Origin: an uncultured Solirubrobacterales bacterium
GTDB lineage: Bacteria > Actinomycetota > Thermoleophilia > Solirubrobacterales > 70-9
DNA length: 64,000 bases
Reading direction: 5' to 3'
Assembly (NCBI GenBank): GCA_963842795.1
Contig: CAWJHV010000040.1
Span: 375,633 to 439,632 of the forward strand
The translations under genes and the position numbers were made by a program. The first letter of the stretch is position 1. Each line of letters begins with the position of its first letter. Below, piece after piece: positions 28,879 to 37,949 of the stretch. The notes beneath the pieces are model-generated. The model worked only from the letters and a program-made list of their open reading frames with translations, was not told the DNA's origin and searched no databases.

Positions 28879-28930
28879 GAGGCGGAGCGAAACGAAGCCG
28901 AGCCGCGCCGCCGTTGAGGCGCCTTATGAG
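28879..28930 (+). repeat. Intergenic repeat family, copy A
   Basis: GAGGCGGAGCGAAACGAAGCCGAGCCGCGCCGCCGTTGAGGCGCCTTATGAG starts right after the TGA at 28876-28878. It shares the core GCCGAGCCGCGCCGCnnTTGAGGCGCCTT with copies at 37875 and 40872. Confidence 0.6.
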
Positions 28931-28939
28931 AGGAGTGCG

Positions 28940-29746
28940 ATGAGCAAGGTGGAGTACGAGAAGCGCGACCGGATCGCCTGGGTGACGATCAACCGCCCCG
29001 AGGCACGCAACGCGATCGACCCCGACGTGCACCGGCTGATGGTCGAGACCTGGGAGGACTTCGCCGCCGACGACTCCGTCGACGTCGCGGTCCTCACCGG
29101 CGCGGGCGACGCGTTCAGCGCCGGCGCCGACCTGAAGACCTACATCCCGCCGATCATCGAGGGCGCCTCGCCGGCGCGGGTCCGCGAGATCGTCGAGCTC
29201 GGCCTCAACGGCTTCACCCGCGGCATGCACCGGATCTCCAAGCCGATCGTCGCCGCCGTCAACGGCTGGGCGCTGGCCGGCGGGCTGGAGACGGCGCTCG
29301 CCTGCGACATCCGGATCGCCTCCGACCGCGCCATGTTCGGCTCGTTCGAGGCGCGCCGCGGCTACCACCACGGCGACGGAGGGCTCGTGCGGCTGGTGAA
29401 CGCCTGCGGGGTCGGGGTCGCGTCGCACATGCTGCTCACCGCCGAGCCGGTCGACGCCCGGCAGGCGCTCGCCTGGGGGCTGGTGACCAAGGTCGTCCCC
29501 CACGACGAGCTGCTCGCCGAGGCCGAGACCGTCGCCCGCCAGGTCCTCCGCAACTCGCAGCGCGCCGTGCGCTCGGCGAAGCAGACGATCCTCGACGTGA
29601 TCGGCCAGCCGCTCGACTTCCAGCTGCGCACCGAGGCCTGGAACGCCTACACCTGCGCCGACCCCGAGGAGACGATGGCGCTGCTGAACCGCTTCTACGA
29701 GAAGACCGACGCCGGGCGCGCCGGCGAGCACTCGACGGAGCTCTGA
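28940..29746 (+). CDS. Enoyl-CoA hydratase/isomerase (crotonase) family protein
   Basis: 268 aa with VLTGAGDAFSAGADLK and AAVNGWALAGGLETALACD blocks. Confidence 0.9.
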   Translation: MSKVEYEKRDRIAWVTINRPEARNAIDPDVHRLMVETWEDFAADDSVDVAVLTGAGDAFSAGADLKTYIPPIIEGASPARVREIVELGLNGFTRGMHRISKPIVAAVNGWALAGGLETALACDIRIASDRAMFGSFEARRGYHHGDGGLVRLVNACGVGVASHMLLTAEPVDARQALAWGLVTKVVPHDELLAEAETVARQVLRNSQRAVRSAKQTILDVIGQPLDFQLRTEAWNAYTCADPEETMALLNRFYEKTDAGRAGEHSTEL

Positions 29747-29749
29747 GCC

Positions 29750-30445
29750 GTGGCGAGGCGGGCGCTGGTCACCGGGGCGGCGCGCGGGATCGGCGCCGCG
29801 ATCGCCGAACGCCTGCGCGCGGACGGGTTCGAGGTCGTGACCGCCGACCGCGACGAGGGGTGCGACCTTCGCTTCGACGTCGCCGCCGACGAGCTCCCCG
29901 ACCTCGGCGAGATCGACGCCTGCGTCTCCAACGCCGCGATCACCGACACGATCGCCCCCGCCCATCTGATGACCGCGGAGCAGTGGAAGCGAGACCTCGC
30001 GGTCAACCTCAGCGGCGCCTTCCGCGTGATCCAGGCATGCCTGCCGGGGATGCGCGAGCGCGGCTACGGGCGGATCGTGGTCGTCTCCTCGAGCGCGGCG
30101 ACTGCCGGCCTCCCGGGCCAGGTCGCCTACGCGGCCTCGAAAGCCGGTCTGCTGGGGATGGCGAAGACGATCGCGGCCGAGAACGTCCGCCGCGGGATCA
30201 CGGTGAACTCGGTCCTCCCCGGCCTGATCGCCTCCGAGCGGGTGGCGGCGATGCCGCGCGAGCTCTACGAGATGCTCGAGTCGACGTTCATGCCCTCCGG
30301 CCGCATCGGCGAGACGGGCGAGGTCGCCGCCCTGGTCGCCTACCTCGCCTCCGAGGACGCCGGCTACGTCACCGGCCAGGAGATCGGCATCGACGGCGGC
30401 GCCTGGCTCAACACCTTCTCGCTGACGCGCGAGCAGCGCGGCTGA
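29750..30445 (+). CDS. Short-chain dehydrogenase/reductase (SDR) family oxidoreductase
   Basis: TGAARGIGAAIA cofactor motif, the YAASKAG catalytic YxxxK, and GTG start at 29750. Confidence 0.9.
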   Translation: MARRALVTGAARGIGAAIAERLRADGFEVVTADRDEGCDLRFDVAADELPDLGEIDACVSNAAITDTIAPAHLMTAEQWKRDLAVNLSGAFRVIQACLPGMRERGYGRIVVVSSSAATAGLPGQVAYAASKAGLLGMAKTIAAENVRRGITVNSVLPGLIASERVAAMPRELYEMLESTFMPSGRIGETGEVAALVAYLASEDAGYVTGQEIGIDGGAWLNTFSLTREQRG

Positions 30446-30449
30446 TCGC

Positions 30450-30998
30450 TCAGTAGTCCCAGGCCGCGTACTCGGCGCTGCGACCCTTCATCTCGGCGTA
30501 CAGCAGGGAGATGCGGTCGAGGTACCAGGCCTTGCCTCCGTGCGTAATCAGCAGGCCGGTCACCGTCGCGAGGAGGTTGAGGTCGACGAGACCGTAGGCG
30601 AGCAGCCCCAGGCCGACCATCGAGTAGCCGTTGGCGACCAGCGACGCCGTCCGCGAGCGAAATTGCTCGGGCAGCTCGATCTTGTCGCGATCGACCCAGA
30701 TTCGCTCCCCCAGGACGCTGCGGGAGGCCCAGTTGCGAGTCGACTTCGGCGCCTGGAAGAGCAGCGGGTTGACGAACATCCAGCCGATCGCGGCGGCGAT
30801 CGGAACCAGACACCAGATGCCGATCCATTCGCGGCTCCAGATCGCCAGCGCCAGCAGGGAGAGGACGCTGAACCGCGTCCAGACGCTCACCGGGTTTGCG
30901 TGCTTCAACCAGCTCTCCCCCTCGAGGCCGAACGCCTTCGCGACCCTGCGGTCACGCGTGCCTTCCGTGGATTCGATCGCCGCTGCTTGCGTGCTCAT
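30450..30998 (-). CDS. Hypothetical integral membrane protein
   Basis: 182 aa with about four hydrophobic segments. It is divergent from the TetR gene. Confidence 0.65.
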   Translation of the reverse strand: MSTQAAAIESTEGTRDRRVAKAFGLEGESWLKHANPVSVWTRFSVLSLLALAIWSREWIGIWCLVPIAAAIGWMFVNPLLFQAPKSTRNWASRSVLGERIWVDRDKIELPEQFRSRTASLVANGYSMVGLGLLAYGLVDLNLLATVTGLLITHGGKAWYLDRISLLYAEMKGRSAEYAAWDY

Positions 30999-31021
30999 CT
31001 CTCGACCTCTTTCTCAACGAT

Positions 31022-31069
31022 TGTTGACATCTGCGATGACCCTACTGCATCGTGCACAAGATGTCAACA
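31022..31069. promoter_or_regulatory. Perfect 11-bp inverted repeat (TGTTGACATCT ... AGATGTCAACA) in the divergent intergenic region; candidate TetR operator/promoter pair
   Basis: Arms at 31022-31032 and 31059-31069. Each arm contains TTGACA facing outward on its own strand. Confidence 0.5.
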
Positions 31070-31699
31070 CCTGTAGACTTGCCGCGGATGGACAAGCAGA
31101 CGACGAAGCCCAGGAAGCCCCGGACGGGACGACGCCCCGGCCCGAGCTCGACCCGCGACGACATCCTGCGCGCGGCGCGCCGGCTGTTTGCCGAGAGCGG
31201 ATATGAGCGCGCGACCTTCCGCAGCATCGCCGCCGACGCGGGCGTCGACCCCGCGCTCGTGGTCCAGTTCTTCGGCTCGAAGAAGCAGCTGTTCGCAGCG
31301 GCGACGGTCTCGCCCGTCACCCTCGCCGAGCTGTCCGAGCAGTCCGAGCCCGGCCCCCCCGCCGAGGCCGGCCTGCGCCTGGCCCGCCTGCTGATGCGCT
31401 GGCTCGACGACGAGGGCGCCCGGCAGGCGCTGCTCGGCCGGATCCGCTCCGCGTCCAGCGAGCCCGAGGCCGCGGATGCCGTGCGCGAGATGATCGATGG
31501 GCAGCTGACCGCGTTCGCCGCGCAGATGGACGGCGATCGTCCCGACGTGCGGGCGAGCCTGCTCGCGACCCAGTTCCTCGGTGTGGTTCTGGCGCGCTTC
31601 GTCGTCCGCTCGGAGCCGTTGGCGTCGATGGAGCCGGCCGAGATCGCGGAGTGGCTCGCCCCGACCTTCGACCTCTACCTCAACGGCCCCTCCGCGTAG
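31061..31699 (+). CDS. TetR/AcrR family transcriptional regulator (start ambiguous: 31052 GTG, 31061 ATG or 31088 ATG)
   Basis: N-terminal HTH RDDILRAARRLFAESGYERATFRSIAADAGVDPALVVQFF. Confidence 0.85.
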   Translation: MSTPVDLPRMDKQTTKPRKPRTGRRPGPSSTRDDILRAARRLFAESGYERATFRSIAADAGVDPALVVQFFGSKKQLFAAATVSPVTLAELSEQSEPGPPAEAGLRLARLLMRWLDDEGARQALLGRIRSASSEPEAADAVREMIDGQLTAFAAQMDGDRPDVRASLLATQFLGVVLARFVVRSEPLASMEPAEIAEWLAPTFDLYLNGPSA

Positions 31700-31720
31700 C
31701 CGGGCCGGGCGGCGCTCATC

Positions 31721-31763
31721 GAGAGTGGAGTTTTGGACGCATACCGTCCACGACTTCACTCTC
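31721..31763. terminator. Long imperfect hairpin between convergent genes
   Basis: GAGAGTGGAGT-ttt-GGAC-gcatacc-GTCC-acg-ACTTCACTCTC, with one mismatch in the outer 11-bp stem. It lies 22 nt after the TetR stop. No U-tract. Confidence 0.4.
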
Positions 31764-31902
31764 GCCGTTGGGGGAGGCGGGGCGTGCGGATTTCGTGCCG
31801 ATCGCGTTGCACCGCGCATGAGCCCAGGCACGAGCGCCCGCACCGCCACCCACGCTCACCCCCTCATTGCCAAGCCGTCCGCGCCGCCACCTCGGCCGGC
31901 GG

Positions 31903-32292
31903 TCAGCCGCCGCCTGCGTAGCCCGGCCGGGCGATCTCGAGCTTGCGCTGCACGTGCTCGCGCAGGCGGTCGACCGCCTCGTCGAGGCGGTCGTCGAGCT
32001 CGCCGCGACGGATCGCGGCGCTGAGCTCGAAGGCGGTCGCCCGGGCGACCGCATCGGCCTCCTGCGGTGCGATCGCGGGCTCGATCGGCAGCCGGAGCAG
32101 CTCGCGGAACAGGCGCGCGTCGGCCAGCGTCGGCTCGGCGCCGGCGCGCAGCTCGCGGGCGATCACCGTGCAGATATTCGCCAACACCAGGACCTGGAAG
32201 CGGCGCTCGCGCGGCACCCAGTCGCGGACCTCGGCGAACAGCTTCGCCGCCATCGCGTCGAGGAGCTGCGGGGCGGTCGGTCGATCCTGCAT
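31903..32292 (-). CDS. Small helical protein of the kind usually found downstream of APH-type phosphotransferases (DUF6285-like, tentative)
   Basis: MQDRPTAPQLLDAMAAKLFAEVRDWVP... Its ATG overlaps the upstream TGA (TGATG at 32290-32294). Confidence 0.6.
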   Translation of the reverse strand: MQDRPTAPQLLDAMAAKLFAEVRDWVPRERRFQVLVLANICTVIARELRAGAEPTLADARLFRELLRLPIEPAIAPQEADAVARATAFELSAAIRRGELDDRLDEAVDRLREHVQRKLEIARPGYAGGG

Positions 32293-33281
32293 CAGGCCAG
32301 GAGCTCCAGCAGGTCCCACTCCGGCTCGCAGATCCGGCGGCCGAGCGATGCGAGCTCCGCCGACGGGCGGGCGCCGGTGAGGTGGTCGTGGGCCTGGCGG
32401 GCGCAGATCACGGCCCATTTGACGTTCCCCATCGCCTCCCACCAGCGCAGCCGCTCGGGATCGGGGCGGGTGCCGCCGGCGGCCTCGTAGGCATCGAGGA
32501 ACGGGTCCATCTCCCCGATCCCGGCGACCGGCAGCCCGTCGTTTCCGAACCGCCACGAGCGGATCGCAAGCCAGGCGAGGTCCTCGGCCGGATCGCCCGC
32601 GTGGCACAGCTCCCAGTCGATCACGGCCGCCAGCCCGCGCTCGTCGACGATCAGGTTGCCGAGCCGGAAGTCGCCGTGAACCAGGGTCGGCCCGGCCGGC
32701 GCCGGCGGGTTGAGGCGCAGCCGGCGCAGCCCGGCCTCGACCGCGGGCAGGGGCTCGCCGACCTCATCGAGCGCCGCCTCCCAGAGCTCGCACGCCCCGA
32801 TCGCCGGATCCTCGGATCGCGCCAGCCCCGCCACGGCCCCGGCCTCGACCGAGTGGATCCCCGCGAGCGCCGACGCGAGCTGGCCGGGCAGCCGCTCGCG
32901 CGCGCCGGCCAGCTCGTCGCGGCGCAGGACCCGCGGCGCGACCGAGGTCCCGGCGACGAACTCCATCAGGTAGCCCGCCCCCGCTCCCAGGCGCCCACCG
33001 GCCGGCTCGGAAGCGACGGTGCGCGCGACCGGGACGCCGGCCCGCGCGGCGGCGCCGATCGCCCGCAGCTCGAGCTCGAGCGGCGCGAACGACATCCCTT
33101 CGGCCGGCTCGCGCCGGAGGACGTAACGGGGCTCCGCGCCGACCTCGACCGCGAAGGTCTGGCGCGACGCTCCGCCCTCGATCGGGCTCAGCGTCAGCTC
33201 GCCCGGGTCCTCGCCGGCCTCCGCGAGCAGCTCGCGGACGGCGCTCGGAGAGGGCGGCTCAGCCCCCGTCGCGGTCACCAC
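32292..33281 (-). CDS. Aminoglycoside/choline-kinase-type phosphotransferase (APH) family protein
   Basis: Catalytic loop LVHGDFRLGNLIV and IDWELCHAGDPAEDLAW. Confidence 0.85.
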   Translation of the reverse strand: MVTATGAEPPSPSAVRELLAEAGEDPGELTLSPIEGGASRQTFAVEVGAEPRYVLRREPAEGMSFAPLELELRAIGAAARAGVPVARTVASEPAGGRLGAGAGYLMEFVAGTSVAPRVLRRDELAGARERLPGQLASALAGIHSVEAGAVAGLARSEDPAIGACELWEAALDEVGEPLPAVEAGLRRLRLNPPAPAGPTLVHGDFRLGNLIVDERGLAAVIDWELCHAGDPAEDLAWLAIRSWRFGNDGLPVAGIGEMDPFLDAYEAAGGTRPDPERLRWWEAMGNVKWAVICARQAHDHLTGARPSAELASLGRRICEPEWDLLELLA

Positions 33282-33984
33282 TTGGGCGCTCGAGCCCGTG
33301 GCGCGAGAAGTGGCGCTCGGGGATCGCGGCCGGGTCCTTGTACCAGTACCAGGTGCAGGGATCGCGATCGAAGTCCTCGGGCGGGTCGGAGGGATAGACC
33401 GGGTGTCCGATCCAGCGGATCGGCAGGGTCTCGTTCATGAACGCGCAGTGGGTGCAGTAGAGCGGGAAGCCCTCGCGCTCATAGCTCCAGGAGTGGGCCT
33501 CGTCCGTGACCCCCCAGCCCTCGGCCCCGTAGCGGCGGTTGCGCCACAGCCGCTGGCCGGAGCCGCAGGGGTTCATGGTGAAGGTGAGCTTCTCGTCGTC
33601 CTCGTCGATCTCGAAGGCGCCGGGGCTCGGCCCCACGCCGCTGGTCGAGTGCGCGCGCCAGGTCGCCGCCAGAGCCTGCGCGATCGTCTTCCGGTCGCTG
33701 CCGTCGATCGTCTCCACCGGCTTGCGCCAGCTGCGCTCGAGCGAGTACTCCCAGGCCTCCTCGACACCGTCGTCTCCGAGCTTGTCCTTCACGAACGAGA
33801 TCAGCCCCGCGACCCCGTCGACGAGCAGGTCGTGCATGAACTGCGACTCCCACTTCATCGCCTCGCAGAGCCGCTTCGCTCCCTCGAGGTCGCCGGCGTC
33901 GATCGCCTCGATCGCCCGCTCCATCGTCGGCCGCGACATCTCGGCCAGCTCGTCATCAGAGAACCACCGCTCGCGCTCGGTCAT
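33259..33984 (-). CDS. Hypothetical protein with Cys/Trp-rich C-terminal half
   Basis: 241 aa with coding-like GC3 and motifs NPCGSGQ, YCTHCAF and DPCTWYWY. Overlaps the APH start by 23 nt. Confidence 0.65.
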   Translation of the reverse strand: MTERERWFSDDELAEMSRPTMERAIEAIDAGDLEGAKRLCEAMKWESQFMHDLLVDGVAGLISFVKDKLGDDGVEEAWEYSLERSWRKPVETIDGSDRKTIAQALAATWRAHSTSGVGPSPGAFEIDEDDEKLTFTMNPCGSGQRLWRNRRYGAEGWGVTDEAHSWSYEREGFPLYCTHCAFMNETLPIRWIGHPVYPSDPPEDFDRDPCTWYWYKDPAAIPERHFSRHGLERPSGDRDGG

Positions 33985-34079
33985 CGCATGCTCCTCCCGG
34001 TCGACAGAGAGGGCAAGGACCCTAGCCCGCCGGCAGCGGACGCGAAGCGGAGCAGCCGGCGGAGTGGTTCGTTCGAGGC

Positions 34080-34108
34080 GGTAGAAGTCGGCTTAGCCGA
34101 CTTCTACC
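34080..34108 (-). terminator. Perfect 13-bp hairpin spanning the stop codon of the coiled-coil gene
   Basis: GGTAGAAGTCGGC-tta-GCCGACTTCTACC. The loop is the TAA stop (34093-34095). No U-tract. Confidence 0.45.
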
Positions 34109-34560
34109 GGCTCGTCGTCGCGGCCGGCGAGCCGGTCGCGGCCGCGCTGCACGGCGGAGAGGAACTTCTCCAGGTTGACCTCGAGCGTGGAGAGGATCTC
34201 GTCGGCGTAGTCCTCGGCGCCGAGGCGGATCTGGCGCTCGGTCTCGCGGGCGTCCTCGATGATCTCCTCGGCGGCGCGCTCGGCCTGCCGGTAGACCTCC
34301 TCGCCGGAGATCAGACGCTCCTGCTGGTCGCGCGCCTCCTTGACCACGCGCTCGGCCTCGCGCTTGGCCTCGGCGAGCATCTCCTGGCGCTCCTTGACGA
34401 TCCAGCGCGCCTGCTTGATCTCCTCAGGGATCGTCGCGCGCATCTGGTCGAGGAGGTCGTAGATCTCCTCGCGATCGACGCGTACCTGATCAGTCAACGG
34501 CACCGGGCGCGCGTTGTGGATCAGGTCGTCGAGCTTGTCTATCAGGACCAGGACGTCCAT
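34093..34560 (-). CDS. Conserved coiled-coil protein (often annotated as ATP synthase subunit b-like/DivIVA-like) downstream of coaD
   Basis: 155 aa: MDVLVLIDKLDDLIHNARPVPLTDQVRVDREEIYDLLDQMR..., followed by charged heptad-like sequence. Confidence 0.7.
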   Translation of the reverse strand: MDVLVLIDKLDDLIHNARPVPLTDQVRVDREEIYDLLDQMRATIPEEIKQARWIVKERQEMLAEAKREAERVVKEARDQQERLISGEEVYRQAERAAEEIIEDARETERQIRLGAEDYADEILSTLEVNLEKFLSAVQRGRDRLAGRDDEPVEVG

Positions 34561-34672
34561 AAGAGGTCGTGGAAGCTTACGCGGCCGGACACGGAAGGGC
34601 CGGTACGAGGCGGGTTTCTGCGCCCGCCTGCAAGCTCCTGCCCAGGCGACGCTTGAAGCACGCTCGCCGCGG

Positions 34673-35173
<501 letters not shown>

Positions 35174-35179
35174 AGTTGT

Positions 35180-35716
35180 CTAGCTCCTGCGGTAGACCCT
35201 GATCAGCGCCTCGCCGATTCTCCGCTCGGACTCGAGCGAAAGCTTCGGCGCCTCGATCTCGATCGGACGTCGCGCGGGGCTCTCGAGCACGAGTCGGGCG
35301 TATCGGGCGAGGCGCGGCGGGAGGTGTTCGGCGAGCGCGGGCTCAAGCGGGTCGGCGAGTTTATAAGGCGGATCGCAGAACACCAGCCCGAAGCGCTCGT
35401 CGGTGCGCTCGAGGTAGCGGATCGCGTCCGAGCGCACGAGCTCGCACCGGTTCGCGATCCCGAGCGCCTCGGCGTTCTTGCCCGCCAGGGCGGGCGCGCG
35501 GTCGACCAGCACCGCCGAGTCCGCGCCGCGGGAGATCGCCTCGAGGGCGAGCGCCCCGGTGCCGCAGAAGAGGTCGAGCACGCTGAGGTCGGAGACGTCC
35601 CCGAGAATCGAGAACAGCGTCTCGCGCGCGCGATCGGAGGTCGGGCGGACGTCGCGCGACCGGCTCGGCGGCGAGATCAGCTTGCGCCCTCCCAATCGCC
35701 CGGCCACGATTCTCAC
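35180..35716 (-). CDS. rsmD: 16S rRNA (guanine966-N2)-methyltransferase RsmD
   Basis: VRIVAGRLGGRKL...DLFCGTGALALEAISRGA...FCDPPY. GTGA overlap with the recG stop. Confidence 0.9.
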   Translation of the reverse strand: MRIVAGRLGGRKLISPPSRSRDVRPTSDRARETLFSILGDVSDLSVLDLFCGTGALALEAISRGADSAVLVDRAPALAGKNAEALGIANRCELVRSDAIRYLERTDERFGLVFCDPPYKLADPLEPALAEHLPPRLARYARLVLESPARRPIEIEAPKLSLESERRIGEALIRVYRRS

Positions 35717-37872
35717 GCTGCGATCCCCTCCTCGCGCTCGTCGCCGAAGCGTGCCCGCGCGGCGTCGACCAGCGGCCCGAGGTCGGGCACGTCGAGGGCG
35801 CCGTGGCGCTCGAGCATCTCGACCACCTCCGCCCGGGCGGCGGCGAGCATCTCGGCGTCCTCGGGCAGCTCCGCGACCCGATAGCGCGGCAGACCGTGCT
35901 GGAGCGTGCCGAGGATCTCGCCCTCGCCGCGAAGGGTGAGGTCGATCTCGGCGAGCTTGAAGCCGTCGGCGGTGCCCTCGATCGCCTCCATCCGGCGCTT
36001 GGCGAGCTGCGAGTCGAGGTCGGCGAAGAGGATGCACTGGCTCTCGTGCGCGCCGCGGCCGACGCGTCCGCGGAGCTGATGCAGCTGCGAGAGCCCGAAG
36101 CGCTCCGCGCCCTCGATCAGCATCACGGTCGCGTTGGGGACGTCGATGCCGACCTCGATCACCGTGGTCGCCACGAGCACGTCCGTCCGCCCCGCGACGA
36201 AGCCCTCCATCGCGGCGGCCTTGTCCGCCGACGACATCTGCCCGTGCAGGAGGCCGACGCGGAAGTCGGCGAGCTCGGAGCCGCGCAGGCGCTCGGCCTC
36301 GGCGCTCGCCGCCTTCGCGCGCAGCTTCTCCGAGTCGGAGACCAGCGGGCAGACGACGTAGGCCTGCCGGCCCTCGCGCAGGCGGTCGCGGATGAAGCCG
36401 TAGGCGCCGGCGCGCTTCTCCTCGCCGACGACCCAGGTCTTCACCGGCCGCCGCCCCGCGGGCAGCTCGCGGATCGCGGTCGCGTCGAGGTCGCCGTAGG
36501 CGGTGAGCGAGAGCGTGCGCGGGATCGGGGTGGCGGTCATGTGGAGCGTGTGCGGGGCGGTGGCGCCCGCGCCCTTGCGGTCGAGCGCCGAGCGCTGGCG
36601 AACGCCGAAGCGGTGCTGCTCGTCGACCACGCAGAGCGCCAGCCGGGCGAACTCGACGTCGGCCTCGAGCAGCGCGTGGGTGCCGATCACCAGGCCGAGC
36701 TCTCCGGTCCGCAGCCGGTCGAGCGTCTCCCGCCTCCGCGCGGCCGGAGTCGCCCCGGTGAGCAGCGCGAACGGAATCGTCTCGCCCGCCAACAGCGTCC
36801 CCAGCGTCGCCGCATGCTGCTCGGCGAGGGTCTCGGTCGGCGCCATCATCGCCGCCTGGTGGCCGGCGGCGAGCGCCCGCAGCATCGCGTACACGGCGAC
36901 CACGGTCTTGCCCGACCCCACCTCGCCCATGAGCAGGCGCTGCATCGGCCGCGTCCCGGCCAGGTCCGCGTCGATCGCGGCGAAGGCCTCCCGCTGGCCG
37001 TCGGTGGGCGCGAACGGAAGCGACGCGAGCCAGCGGTCGACCAGCTCCCCGGTCGGCTCGATCGCCACCGCCGGGCGCCCGTCGTCGCGGGCGCCGCGGC
37101 GCAGCGCGAGCGCCGCCTGGTGCAGGCAGAGCTCCTCGAACGCGAGCCGGTCGCGCGCGGCCCGCGCCTGCTCGGGCGAGTCGGGGAAGTGCGCGCAGCG
37201 AAGAGCGTCGACCTCGGCCGCGAGCCGGCGGCGGGCGCGCAGCTCGGCCGGCAGCGGCTCGATCGCGTCGGCGGCCCGGTCGAGCGCCTGCCAAGCCCAC
37301 TCGCGCAATCGGTTCGCGGAGAGCCGGGCGCTCGCGTTGTGGACCGGGACGATCCCGGTGGTGTGGATGCCGGCCGGGCCGGCTCCGGCGCGCCCGCCCG
37401 AGACGACCTCATGGGTGGCGACGCGGAAGCCCGAGCGGTCGAGCTTGCCGTTGAGCAGCAGCCGCGTCCCCGGCTGCAGGCGCTCGGCGAGGTAGGTCTG
37501 GTTGAACCAGACCGCCTTCATCGGCCCGCTGTCGTCGGCGACCGCGGCCTCGACCAGGCGCAGGTTGCGCCGCCGCGTGGGACGCACCCGCGCCGAGCGC
37601 ACGCTGACCATCACCGTGGCCTGCTCGCCGATCCGCAGGTCGGCGACGTCGCGGACCCCTGCGCGGTCGCGATGTCCGTGGGGGACGTGCCAGAGCAGGT
37701 CGGAGAGCGTCTCGATCCCGATCTCGGCCGCGGCCGCCGCCAGCCGCGGCCCGACCCCGTCGAGCGAGGCGACCGGGGCGTCGAGCCGGCTCGGTCGCGG
37801 GAGCGAGCGCAGGGGCACAGAACGCAGCCCGGCGCGGTCCTGCTCGACGCCGGTTCCGATCGCGCGGGGCAT
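35713..37872 (-). CDS. recG: ATP-dependent DNA helicase RecG
   Basis: Wedge/OB domain, helicase motifs GEVGSGKT, DEQHRFG and the TATPIPRT-type block. I place the start at ATG 37872 (MPRAIG). The track start at 37920 would translate a copy of the intergenic repeat with poorer GC3. Confidence 0.9.
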   Translation of the reverse strand: MPRAIGTGVEQDRAGLRSVPLRSLPRPSRLDAPVASLDGVGPRLAAAAAEIGIETLSDLLWHVPHGHRDRAGVRDVADLRIGEQATVMVSVRSARVRPTRRRNLRLVEAAVADDSGPMKAVWFNQTYLAERLQPGTRLLLNGKLDRSGFRVATHEVVSGGRAGAGPAGIHTTGIVPVHNASARLSANRLREWAWQALDRAADAIEPLPAELRARRRLAAEVDALRCAHFPDSPEQARAARDRLAFEELCLHQAALALRRGARDDGRPAVAIEPTGELVDRWLASLPFAPTDGQREAFAAIDADLAGTRPMQRLLMGEVGSGKTVVAVYAMLRALAAGHQAAMMAPTETLAEQHAATLGTLLAGETIPFALLTGATPAARRRETLDRLRTGELGLVIGTHALLEADVEFARLALCVVDEQHRFGVRQRSALDRKGAGATAPHTLHMTATPIPRTLSLTAYGDLDATAIRELPAGRRPVKTWVVGEEKRAGAYGFIRDRLREGRQAYVVCPLVSDSEKLRAKAASAEAERLRGSELADFRVGLLHGQMSSADKAAAMEGFVAGRTDVLVATTVIEVGIDVPNATVMLIEGAERFGLSQLHQLRGRVGRGAHESQCILFADLDSQLAKRRMEAIEGTADGFKLAEIDLTLRGEGEILGTLQHGLPRYRVAELPEDAEMLAAARAEVVEMLERHGALDVPDLGPLVDAARARFGDEREEGIAA

Positions 37873-37874
37873 GC

Positions 37875-37929
37875 GAGGCGTAGCCGAGCCGCGCCGCTTT
37901 TGAGGCGCCTTGGTGCTCACTTCGCCTCA
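37875..37929 (+). repeat. Intergenic repeat family, copy C
   Basis: GAGGCGTAGCCGAGCCGCGCCGCTTTTGAGGCGCCTTGGTGCTCACTTCGCCTC. It has the same core as copies A and B, and its ends GAGGCGtAG / CTtCGCCTC are inverted. Confidence 0.6.
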
Positions 37930-37949
37930 CAGGCTAGATTCCGGTTGGG

